A stretch of DNA of 52,482 nt from a virus (Duplodnaviria; Caudoviricetes), in the IMG/VR virus record IMGVR_UViG_3300005253_000354, positions 1 to 52,482 of that record; one strand, written 5' to 3'. Both the position numbers and the translations under genes were made by a program. Under the pieces are notes generated by a model. The model did not search any database, had not been told where the DNA came from, and saw only the letters and a list, made by a program, of their open reading frames with translations. Of the stretch, positions 37,670-45,628 are shown in pieces. Positions within the stretch are counted from its first letter, which is position 1. Each line of letters starts with the position of its first letter.

Positions 37670-38408
37670 AGCGCGGCTCTGCATAGCACGGCCGGGCTGG
37701 GCCGGGCGAGGCAGGGCAAGGCACGGAGAGTTCGGCGATTTTCACGACGGTGCGGCATGGTGTGGTCCGGCCTGGTTTGGCAAGGCTCGGCCCGGCGCCG
37801 CTCGGCTTGGCACGGCTTGGCACGGCTTGGCACGGAGATTTGAATGATTAGCGAGGTTGTGGCGCTGCTGGGCGCGGCGCGGCTGGGCCGGGCGGGGCAA
37901 GGCTTTGCTGGGTGCGGCATGGCGGGGCGCGGCACGGAGATTTTGACGATTGTCACGAGTTCATCGCGGCGTGGCCGTGCATTGCCCGGCACAGCTTGGC
38001 ATGGCGCGGCTTGGCCTGGCGAGGCACGGAGACTTTGCGGATTTCACGCGGCTCGGCGGGGCAGGGCCAGGCCTGGCCTGGCAGGGCACGGCCTGGCGGG
38101 GCAAGGCACGGAAACTTTGCAGATACCACGCGGCGCCGCTTGGTTTGGCCTTGCTGGGCTCGGAGCGGCTGGGCAAGGCAGGGCGCGGCTTGGCACGGAG
38201 ATTTCAGGAATTTTACGCGGCAGGGCGCGGCGGCGCGTGGCCAGGCCCGGCTCGGCGTGGCAAGCCGCAGCTCGGCTGGGCGCGGCTCGGCCAGGCCCGG
38301 CAAGGCACGGAGACTTTGCGGATTTCACTCGGCGCGGCAAGGCATGGCGGGGCAAGGTCCGGCGGGGCGAGGCGCGGCGGGGCTTGGCAAGGGACGGGGA
38401 TTTGAATC
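37670..38408 (+). ncRNA. Array of 8 putative guide-RNA units, (GGY-NN)n-GGAGA-linker
   Basis: Units start at 37670, 37749, 37861, 37968, 38050, 38132, 38219, 38331 with 11, 17, 15, 12, 12, 13, 18, 13 pentamers; the repeat structure is certain, RNA function is inferred. Confidence 0.75.
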
Positions 38409-38945
38409 ATGATCGAGGCTAAACCGATCGAGGTGCATCCGGCCTGGCGCCAAGCGCTGGCCGGGTTCCACGAGCAGGGCTTCGAGGCCGGCGACCTGGT
38501 CGGCTTCGACTGGCTCTACGAAGCGTTCAAGATCACCCGGCCGGGACCGGCGACGCGCTACGAGGACGCCAAGAAGGCCGAGCTCGCCTTCGTCGCCGCG
38601 ATGGAGCCGTTCCGCGGCGCCCTGCTGCGCGAGCACCAGATAGCGCTCGATAACGTGCGCGGCCAAGGTTACCGGATCGTGCCGCCGCCCGAGCAGACCG
38701 AGTGGGCCGAGACGGCGGGGCTGCGCGAGGCCAAGCGCGCGCTCGGCAAGATGGGGCACCGGCTCAGCTTCGTCGACATGCGGCAATTGAACGCCGCCGA
38801 GCGGCGCGCCAACGCCGACGCCTTAACGCGGTACGCCATGCTCGCCGGCCTCACCAAACGCATCGAGAAGGTCCGGCGCGAGCCCGAGGCGGTCCTTGCG
38901 GCCGACGAAGCGGCTCGCGCAATTGGCGGGCCCAATGATGCCTGA
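38409..38945 (+). CDS. Accessory protein with winged-helix-like motif, coupled to the array
   Basis: NVRGQGYRIV wing motif, helical C-terminus; its RBS is the end of the last array unit. Confidence 0.7.
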   Translation: MIEAKPIEVHPAWRQALAGFHEQGFEAGDLVGFDWLYEAFKITRPGPATRYEDAKKAELAFVAAMEPFRGALLREHQIALDNVRGQGYRIVPPPEQTEWAETAGLREAKRALGKMGHRLSFVDMRQLNAAERRANADALTRYAMLAGLTKRIEKVRREPEAVLAADEAARAIGGPNDA

Positions 38946-39177
38946 TCCCCGATCCCTGGCCTCTGGAACCCCCTTCACCTGCCCCGGCTGCGGCGCCGAG
39001 ACCGACGACCTCGATGCGCTCGCCGAGACCTGTGTCGATTACGTCTCCGGCATCGGCCGCTGCCCGGCGCGCGCCGAGGTCCTGGACCGCCGGCGCCGGT
39101 GCCAGCACTTCCGCCAGCTCCTCGCCGGTGATCCGGTGGGCGAGCCGTTCATCGCCGGCGACGGAGGGCCGGTATGA
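38935..39177 (+). CDS. Small Zn-binding hypothetical protein
   Basis: CPGC plus further Cys; overlaps its neighbours. Confidence 0.5.
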   Translation: MMPDPRSLASGTPFTCPGCGAETDDLDALAETCVDYVSGIGRCPARAEVLDRRRRCQHFRQLLAGDPVGEPFIAGDGGPV

Positions 39178-39641
39178 CCGCAATCCGTCAAACGCGCGCC
39201 GCTGCCGGCCAACCCGGCGCGCAGCAAATCCCCGCCACCTCGGTCAACCCGGCCTATTGGGCGGTGGTGCAGGGCCGGCTTGCGGGCGCGCACCCGGAGA
39301 CGCCAACGGCCGTCAACCCGCACCGCATCCGCGACGCAGGCGGCAGGTTAATCAAGACATGCCGCTCGCGGACCAGCCGGGCCCTGGCGCTGTGCTGGGA
39401 CTACGGCTTCGCCGGCATGCCGCGCGCGCGGCCGAAACCCCGTGACACAGTTTCACGTGGAACAACGCTCCGGCCGCCGCGCGACGATTGGCGGGACCAC
39501 GAAATCGAGGTGCTGCGGCTGGCGCGCTCGGGCGGCCAAGGCCACCTGAGCGACCGGCAACTCGCGGTCATCGTCGGCAAGAGCCACGACGCGGTGCGCG
39601 CGAAGCTGGCGCGCGGGCGGCGCTTGAGCGAGAGAGCGTGA
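39174..39641 (+). CDS. Hypothetical protein with C-terminal HTH
   Basis: WRDHEIEVL..SDRQLAVIVGKSHDAVRAK. Confidence 0.6.
   Translation: MTAIRQTRAAAGQPGAQQIPATSVNPAYWAVVQGRLAGAHPETPTAVNPHRIRDAGGRLIKTCRSRTSRALALCWDYGFAGMPRARPKPRDTVSRGTTLRPPRDDWRDHEIEVLRLARSGGQGHLSDRQLAVIVGKSHDAVRAKLARGRRLSERA
39449..39464. promoter_or_regulatory. parS-like site AGTTTCACGTGGAACA
   Basis: 15/16 match to the bacterial parS variant TGTTTCACGTGGAACA. Confidence 0.55.
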
Positions 39642-39644
39642 GCG

Positions 39645-40046
39645 ATGGTCGCGCGCTACACGGCCGAGGAGCTGGCCACCATCCGGGAGCTCTTCCCGGC
39701 GGGCGGAGCCGTGGCCTGCCACGCCGTCCTGCCGGACCATACGCTGGGGTCGATCGCCCAAAAGGCAAACCGGATCGGGGTGCGCCTCGACAAGCCGGCC
39801 TACAACGCCGCCATGCGCGCCCGGCGCGCGCGGCAGAAATCCTACAAATACAGCAAGCCGAGGCCGGAGCCGTGCGCGGACGCGCGCCCCCGGGCCTGCC
39901 TGCGCTGCCGCGGGGACTTCCCCAGCGAGGGCATCCACAATCGGATCTGTAAGCACTGCCGCGAGAAGAACGCCAAGACGACGGTCGCGGTTACGCTGTC
40001 CGACGGTTTCGGCGGCTACGTCCCGCCGCACCGGGGGTTGTCGTGA
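39645..40046 (+). CDS. HTH plus Zn-finger protein
   Basis: YTAEELATI..SIAQKANRIG; RACLRC..FPSEGIHNRICKHC. Confidence 0.65.
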   Translation: MVARYTAEELATIRELFPAGGAVACHAVLPDHTLGSIAQKANRIGVRLDKPAYNAAMRARRARQKSYKYSKPRPEPCADARPRACLRCRGDFPSEGIHNRICKHCREKNAKTTVAVTLSDGFGGYVPPHRGLS

Positions 40047-40366
40047 GCCGGCCTCCGGAGCGGACGCTTGGCGAGACCGAGCTGCGCGCGCCGCGCCGCC
40101 GGCATCACTCGAACCCGGCATCCGACACCCAGGACCCGCCGCGCGCGAGCGACGCGCTGGTCCGGGCCGCCGACCGCGCGCTCGAGGCGGCGTGCCATTT
40201 CATCGACGGGGATCTCGACTACGGCGCCCTGCGCCTGCTGGCCCAGCGCTACCGCGCCGAGGTCGAGCGCGCGGGGCTGGCGACGGCGCGCGCCGGGGTT
40301 GGCCAGGGCGGCCGGCGCAACGAAAAGAAGTCCCATTTCGTACAATCTGACCCATCGGAAGATTGA
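40043..40366 (+). CDS. Hypothetical protein
   Basis: Overlapping starts and stops within the early operon. Confidence 0.5.
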   Translation: MSRPPERTLGETELRAPRRRHHSNPASDTQDPPRASDALVRAADRALEAACHFIDGDLDYGALRLLAQRYRAEVERAGLATARAGVGQGGRRNEKKSHFVQSDPSED

Positions 40367-41247
40367 TGGCCGAAAACAGCAAAATCGAGTGGACGGACGC
40401 GACCTGGAACCCCGTCGTCGGCTGCTCGGTCGTCTCGCCCGGCTGCACCAACTGCTATGCCATGCGCATGGCCGGAACGCGGCTCAAGACGACGAAGCCC
40501 TACAGCGGGCTCACCCAGGATACCAAGGCTGGGCCCGTCTGGACCGGCGCGGTGCGGTTCCTCGAGGAGCGTCTTACCCAACCGCTCAAGTGGCGCAAGC
40601 CGCGACGGGTGTTCGTGAACTCCATGGGAGACCTGTTCCATGAGGATGTGCCCGATGATTGGATCGATAAGGTCTTTGCCGTGATGGCTGCCTCGCCGCG
40701 CCACACCTTCCAGGTTCTGACCAAGCGGCCGGAGCGGATGCGCGAGCATGTGCTCCGCCTTTCGAGGACCATAAACCCGCTCGAAGCGGAAGCCCGTGCG
40801 TTCGGCCACACCTTCAATTTCGAGGGTCATTCGCTCCTGCGTTGGCCGATCCCAAATATCTGGCTCGGCACATCGGTCGAGGACCAGCGCCGCGCGGATG
40901 AGCGGATGCCCCATCTGCTGAACGCGCCGGCAGCAGTGCGGTTCCTGTCGTGTGAACCCCTGCTAGGGCCGATTGACTTGCGGGAAGTATCAACCGCAGG
41001 CGTGGGTGCCGCCGCTGGGAACAAGATGGCCGACTGCCTTCATTGGGTCATCGCCGGCGGCGAGAGCGGCCCGCGCGCGCGGGGCATGGATCCAGCCTGG
41101 CCACGATCGATCAGAGACCAATGCCGAGAGGCGGGCGTGCCGTTCTTCATGAAGCAGATGTCGCGCAAGGCGCCGATCCCCGCCGATCTCATGGTGCGGG
41201 AATTTCCAAGGTCGGATTCTGCACCAAGTAGCGAGGAGCCGAAATAG
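40366..41247 (+). CDS. DUF5131 / phage Gp37-Gp68 family protein
   Basis: SKIEWTDATWNPVVGC..SPGCTNCYA, FVNSMGDLFH, LTKRP, SCEPLLG, GGESG, PFFMKQ. Confidence 0.93.
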   Translation: MAENSKIEWTDATWNPVVGCSVVSPGCTNCYAMRMAGTRLKTTKPYSGLTQDTKAGPVWTGAVRFLEERLTQPLKWRKPRRVFVNSMGDLFHEDVPDDWIDKVFAVMAASPRHTFQVLTKRPERMREHVLRLSRTINPLEAEARAFGHTFNFEGHSLLRWPIPNIWLGTSVEDQRRADERMPHLLNAPAAVRFLSCEPLLGPIDLREVSTAGVGAAAGNKMADCLHWVIAGGESGPRARGMDPAWPRSIRDQCREAGVPFFMKQMSRKAPIPADLMVREFPRSDSAPSSEEPK

Positions 41248-42023
41248 TGGCCCGAATCATCTCCTGGTTTAGCTGCGGAGCACCTAGCGCGGTGGCCACC
41301 AAATTGGCCCGCCCGGACGTGATCGCCTATTGCGAAGTCAAGGAGGAGCACCCGGACAACATGCGGTTCCTGCGTGATTGCGAGAAGTGGTTTGGCCAGG
41401 AAGTTCTGATCCTGGGGAACGACAAATACGGCCGCTCGGCCCGTGAGGTTTGGCGGCAAACCCGATTCCTGGTTGGCCCCACGGGCGCCCGTTGCACCAC
41501 CGAGCTGAAGAAGAAGGTTCGCCAGCAATTTCAAGAGCCGGATGATGTGATTGTGATGGGCTACACGGCCGATGAAACCGACCGGGTTGCGAAGTTCCAG
41601 GGGGCCAATGCCGAGGGGCATAACCTCTGGCCTATCCTGATTGAGCGAGGTCTGACCCGAAGCGACTGCAAGGCCGTGGTCGAGAGGGCGGGCATCGAAC
41701 TTCCGGCCATGTACCTCCTGGGCTATCGGAACAACAACTGCATCGGCTGCATCAAGGGCCAGGCCGGCTACTGGAACAAGATCAAGGACGATTTCCCCGA
41801 GGATTTCCAGGAAACAGCCCAGATCGAGGCGGAACTAGGGCGCACTATCTGCAAGCGGGAATGGACCAATGGAGGCGGTGAGCGGCAGCTAGAGCGGTTT
41901 CCGTTGACTGAGTTGCCGCCGGACCTCGGCGACTATCCCAACGAGACGGATATCGAGTGCAGCCTGTTCTGCCGGATGGCCGAGCAAGATATGTCCGTTA
42001 TTGACACTCAGGAGAAGGGTTGA
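41247..42023 (+). CDS. PP-loop (PAPS reductase-like) protein with Cys clusters
   Basis: SWFSCGAPSAVA, EHPDN.RF, CTTELKK, NNNCIGCIKG, ECSLFC. Confidence 0.75.
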   Translation: MARIISWFSCGAPSAVATKLARPDVIAYCEVKEEHPDNMRFLRDCEKWFGQEVLILGNDKYGRSAREVWRQTRFLVGPTGARCTTELKKKVRQQFQEPDDVIVMGYTADETDRVAKFQGANAEGHNLWPILIERGLTRSDCKAVVERAGIELPAMYLLGYRNNNCIGCIKGQAGYWNKIKDDFPEDFQETAQIEAELGRTICKREWTNGGGERQLERFPLTELPPDLGDYPNETDIECSLFCRMAEQDMSVIDTQEKG

Positions 42024-42202
42024 TGCGTTGCGTCTATTTCTACGGTTGCCGCTTCGCTGGTAGGTGTAAATCCGAGTGCGGTGATGCTCGCCCTTCTGAC
42101 CCAGAGGAGGCGAAGCAGGCACTTCAAGACCGGATGAAATGGGAACAGGATCATCGACCGCCCGGCTCCGTTTATCAACGATCTGAGGCCGGCGATGATT
42201 GA
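42023..42202 (+). CDS. Small hypothetical cassette gene
   Basis: AGGAG RBS, coupled to the upstream stop. Confidence 0.5.
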   Translation: MRCVYFYGCRFAGRCKSECGDARPSDPEEAKQALQDRMKWEQDHRPPGSVYQRSEAGDD

Positions 42203-42362
42203 CCCCGAATCCGAGCGGAATTGGCCCGAAGATTTCTCGCACGAGAACGGCAATTACTTCTGCCGTTGCTGTCACTGCGGGAAGGATTTCATCGGCCATA
42301 AGCGCCGGGTGGTCTGCAAGGTATGCTCGACCGGCTCCGTTAAAGACACAGGAGAAAGCTGA
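42195..42362 (+). CDS. 55-aa Zn-finger cassette gene (not in the ORF track)
   Basis: MIDPESERNWPEDFSHENGNYFCRCCHCGKDFIGHKRRVVCKVC. Confidence 0.7.
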   Translation: MIDPESERNWPEDFSHENGNYFCRCCHCGKDFIGHKRRVVCKVCSTGSVKDTGES

Positions 42363-42546
42363 TGGAGTGGGCGTGGCCTCAGTGGGTTTACGCAGGTCTT
42401 TTCGTTTTGAACATCGTCCTCTGCGTATCGAAGCATGGCGAGTCCCGCGAACCATACAACGGACCGCTCGCGACCATCTGTGCGGCGGTTTCTATATGGA
42501 TTCTTTATGAAGGCGGCTTTTGGACGCCAGTCCAATGAGGTCCGTT
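42336..42546 (+). repeat. 211-bp exact direct repeat, copy 1
   Basis: Identical to 43553-43763; starts and ends with TCCGTT. Confidence 0.92.
42362..42538 (+). CDS. 58-aa two-TM membrane protein, copy 1 (not in the ORF track)
   Basis: MEWAWPQWVYAGLFVLNIVLCVSKHGESREPYN...ILYEGGFW; AGGAG RBS. Confidence 0.75.
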   Translation: MEWAWPQWVYAGLFVLNIVLCVSKHGESREPYNGPLATICAAVSIWILYEGGFWTPVQ

Positions 42547-42565
42547 TGTAAGACGGGAGACAACG

Positions 42566-42931
42566 ATGGCTGAACGCATCCAGAGTCAACGCACGAAGGG
42601 TTGGAAAATGCCGCCCAATACGGTCTACGTCGGGCGGCCTAGCCGGTGGGGAAATCTTTGGACGATAGGGACCGTTGCTTGTGGCTGCCGCTCCGTTGGG
42701 GAGTGTACCCACAATCAGTTTCGAACGGATACCGCCACCGAAGCTGTCGAGGCCTACCGCCAATGGTTACATCAACATCGACCTGCGCGCCTGGAAGCAA
42801 AACTCGCGCCGCTACGCGGCAAGAACCTAGCCTGTTGGTGCCCGCCGGGCCATCCCTGCCATGCGGATGTGCTGTTGGAGATGGCGAATGGGTCCGATTC
42901 CGGACGATCTGACGGGGGCGAGAAAACATGA
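42566..42931 (+). CDS. DUF4326 domain protein
   Basis: VYVGRPSRWGN..LRGKNLACWC..CHADVL. Confidence 0.88.
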   Translation: MAERIQSQRTKGWKMPPNTVYVGRPSRWGNLWTIGTVACGCRSVGECTHNQFRTDTATEAVEAYRQWLHQHRPARLEAKLAPLRGKNLACWCPPGHPCHADVLLEMANGSDSGRSDGGEKT

Positions 42932-43200
42932 CCGATTCGATGGTTTTCCCGAGCGAAATGACGCCCGAGCTTCAAGACATATTGGGCCGGCCAAACTTCG
43001 TTTGCGGCCCTATCGCTCATATCTTCCAAGCCGCCGGCGCGGACATCCCACGGAAAGCCGAGGCCGAGCAGGCGTTCGTTCTGCATTGGATGATCAAGCT
43101 GTATCTGACGCATGGCGATCGCTGGCGTGAAATCGGCGAGGAAGAGCTTAAAGAGGTCCGCGCGGCTGCGTCCGTATCTGCACCAGCACCGGAGGACTGA
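42928..43200 (+). CDS. Hypothetical cassette gene
   Basis: ILGRPNF.C..IA..IPRKAEAEQA; coupled. Confidence 0.7.
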   Translation: MTDSMVFPSEMTPELQDILGRPNFVCGPIAHIFQAAGADIPRKAEAEQAFVLHWMIKLYLTHGDRWREIGEEELKEVRAAASVSAPAPED

Positions 43201-43203
43201 AAA

Positions 43204-43425
43204 ATGACCCTGTTAGTCCCGCTTGAAGACTACGGAGACATCGCCCGCCAGTATCGAGGCACCTCCGCCTGCGGGGCCATTCTGGGGCTGTTGAAAGAGG
43301 TTGTGCAACAGCGGAAGGCGCTGGCCTTCGCCGCCTCGGTCATCAAGAGCGGCGAGCCTTGGACCGAAACATGCGAGCGAGAGATAGGGTCGCTTCTGTC
43401 CCCTATCGAGGCAGATCATGACTGA
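43204..43425 (+). CDS. Hypothetical cassette gene
   Basis: GGAGG RBS; SVIKSGEPWTETC. Confidence 0.6.
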   Translation: MTLLVPLEDYGDIARQYRGTSACGAILGLLKEVVQQRKALAFAASVIKSGEPWTETCEREIGSLLSPIEADHD

Positions 43426-43579
43426 TTTAGAAGTCATAGAAAAAGCGGTAGCCGAGACAGTGAATATAGCCGCCGTGGCCGAGCGATGTCTGTCTGAGGA
43501 GACGATCGCTCGCATTGCGATCGACATCTACAAAGCCACGCTAGCGGAAAAGTCCGTTAAAGACACAGGAGAAAGCTGA
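43418..43579 (+). CDS. 53-aa hypothetical cassette gene (not in the ORF track)
   Basis: MTDLEVIEKAVAETV...EKSVKDTGES; GAGG RBS. Confidence 0.55.
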   Translation: MTDLEVIEKAVAETVNIAAVAERCLSEETIARIAIDIYKATLAEKSVKDTGES

Positions 43580-43763
43580 TGGAGTGGGCGTGGCCTCAGT
43601 GGGTTTACGCAGGTCTTTTCGTTTTGAACATCGTCCTCTGCGTATCGAAGCATGGCGAGTCCCGCGAACCATACAACGGACCGCTCGCGACCATCTGTGC
43701 GGCGGTTTCTATATGGATTCTTTATGAAGGCGGCTTTTGGACGCCAGTCCAATGAGGTCCGTT
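43553..43763 (+). repeat. 211-bp exact direct repeat, copy 2 (contains a second copy of the 58-aa gene at 43579-43755)
   Basis: Identical to 42336-42546. Confidence 0.92.
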
Positions 43764-43792
43764 ATTGCGCCAGCTAGGCCCGAGGAAGATTG

Positions 43793-44689
43793 ATGCCCAG
43801 AATCGCGTCAAAATCAGCTTCTGAACCGAGACGGCCGGCGTTACGCTGGCACGGCGGGAAGTGGCTGCTCGCGCCCTGGATCATCGAACATTTCCCGGCG
43901 CACCGGATCTACGTTGAGCCTTTTGGTGGGGCAGCCTCGGTACTAATCCGCAAGCCGAGATGCTACGGCGAGGTCTACAATGACCTGGATGGCGAGGCGG
44001 TCAATCTGTTCCAGGTGCTGCGCTCCGATCGCGCCAGCGAGCTGGTCGAGAATTTGCGCCTGACCCCCTTCGCGCGGGAGGAATTCGAAGCGGCATACCA
44101 GCCCGGCCAGGATCCTGTGGAGCGCGCCCGATGCCTAGTGGTGAGGTCCTTCCAGGGGTTCGGATCGGACGGCTTCAACCTAGGCGCGCGGCGAACCGGC
44201 TTCCGGGCGAACGCCAATCGCAATGGTACGACGCCGGCGCAGGACTGGGCCAACTATCCGGAAGCCCTCGGCGCCTTGATCGAGCGATTCCAGGGCGTGG
44301 TGATCGAGAGCCGGGACGCACAGGGCTGCATGGGTCAGCACGACGGACCGGGCACGCTGCACTACGTTGACCCGCCCTATCTGCCGGAAACACGGTCGAC
44401 CAAGAAAAAGAACGGCGAGCGGTATCACGCCTACGCGCATGAGCTGACGGCCGAGGACCACGCCGATCTCTTGGCCTACATCCAGGACCTCAAGGGAATG
44501 GTGGTGCTCTCAGGCTATCCCTCGGCGCTCTACGACGACGCGCTGCCGGCGTGGTTCCGCGTCGAGCGCAAGGCCCTGGCGGACGGCGCCCGTGAGCGTA
44601 CCGAGGTCCTGTGGGTCAACCCGGCAGGATGGCGGGCGCGCGACCATGGGCTGTTCGGTGGGTCGGTTTGTGAGGCACCCGATGGTTGA
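43793..44689 (+). CDS. Dam-like (D12 class) DNA adenine methyltransferase
   Basis: WHGGKW, YVEPFGGAASV, EVYNDLD, YVDPPY. Confidence 0.93.
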   Translation: MPRIASKSASEPRRPALRWHGGKWLLAPWIIEHFPAHRIYVEPFGGAASVLIRKPRCYGEVYNDLDGEAVNLFQVLRSDRASELVENLRLTPFAREEFEAAYQPGQDPVERARCLVVRSFQGFGSDGFNLGARRTGFRANANRNGTTPAQDWANYPEALGALIERFQGVVIESRDAQGCMGQHDGPGTLHYVDPPYLPETRSTKKKNGERYHAYAHELTAEDHADLLAYIQDLKGMVVLSGYPSALYDDALPAWFRVERKALADGARERTEVLWVNPAGWRARDHGLFGGSVCEAPDG

Positions 44690-45137
44690 CACCTACCCGA
44701 TGCCCAAAGACGGCTGGACGTGCTTCCACTGCGGGGAGGCCTTCAAGAAGGCCGGCGCTGCCGCCGATCACTTTGGCGACGATCCCACGCATGGAGAACC
44801 GGCGTGCGTTTTGAAGTTGGCCAACGGTGATCGAGGTCTGGTCGTGGAATTGCGCAAGGCCGTCCGGCGCGGCCAACGCTTCGCCGACAAGAACGAATCT
44901 CTCGAATATCAATTGGATGCCGCGACGCGGGGCTACGCGCGCATCGCCGGCGCTCGAAACGAGCATGAGGCTTTCATGGAATACGACGCTATGGAAGGCC
45001 GGGCGCTGACGGCCGAGGCGATCATTGCAGACATGGCGCGCCGAGTTCCGGCAATGGTCGAGGCTTCACGCCGGCGCGTCTGTTCCCTCGGCTCCGTTAT
45101 CGGACGATCTGAGCCCGAGGGAAAAACCGATGCCTGA
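44682..45137 (+). CDS. Hypothetical protein with C2H-type Zn finger
   Basis: WTCFHCGEAF..A..HFG..PAC. Confidence 0.65.
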   Translation: MVDTYPMPKDGWTCFHCGEAFKKAGAAADHFGDDPTHGEPACVLKLANGDRGLVVELRKAVRRGQRFADKNESLEYQLDAATRGYARIAGARNEHEAFMEYDAMEGRALTAEAIIADMARRVPAMVEASRRRVCSLGSVIGRSEPEGKTDA

Positions 45138-45315
45138 CGCGCCATTTCAAACTTGTCCGACGTGCGGCACGCCAAAAATCGAGAGGTCTCACGCGCTCGT
45201 TCTCTACTTCCGGAATGATGCCGACCGCGAGGAATTTGCGGCTGTCGTTAAGGCCGAAATGCCCAACGCTACGGTGTATCCGGTTGGGTCCGGCGAAGGC
45301 CAGAAAAATGGCTGA
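45130..45315 (+). CDS. Small hypothetical cassette gene
   Basis: CPTC; LVLYF..ADREEF. Confidence 0.55.
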   Translation: MPDAPFQTCPTCGTPKIERSHALVLYFRNDADREEFAAVVKAEMPNATVYPVGSGEGQKNG

Positions 45316-45538
45316 AATCACCGAAAACGACATCAAGATTATGCAACAGCACAGCCCAACCGAATGGGGCTTGCCAACGTCGTTGGGGACACCGAAAGAC
45401 TATGCCTGTCTTTGTAAGCTAGGGCTCTTGGAGTTCATGGATTTCTTTGAAAATGGGCGGCACACGATGAAATTTGGCCTGTCACGGGACGGCAAATCTT
45501 TGCTCGATGATTCGGTTAAGCCGGGAATGAGAAAATGA
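45308..45538 (+). CDS. Small winged-helix-like cassette gene
   Basis: LCKLGLLE..LSRDGKSLL. Confidence 0.5.
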   Translation: MAEITENDIKIMQQHSPTEWGLPTSLGTPKDYACLCKLGLLEFMDFFENGRHTMKFGLSRDGKSLLDDSVKPGMRK

Positions 45539-45628
45539 GTAACAATCGTGCGTCGAGTTGTCCACGAAACCGCCCACAGGATGGGCCGTGTACGGGCGGC
45601 TACGTATCTGCACCAGGAAAGCATTGTC

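Noticed and set aside
37670-38408. Classical CRISPR array
   Set aside because: No constant 25-45-bp repeat with free-sequence spacers; the variable parts are themselves GGY-periodic and no cas1/cas2 is present
37658-38422. Multiple overlapping ORFs on both strands (ARLG/AWQG-rich)
   Set aside because: By-products of a stop-poor 5-nt periodic repeat; the period is not a multiple of 3 and all frames look alike
41247-42023. PAPS-reductase-like gene supplying the sulfotransferase
   Set aside because: It lies about 29 kb away in the early region, and this PP-loop family does not synthesise PAPS
41994-45517. True integron with attC sites
   Set aside because: GTT is shared, but no attC palindromes are visible and I see no IntI features in the integrase
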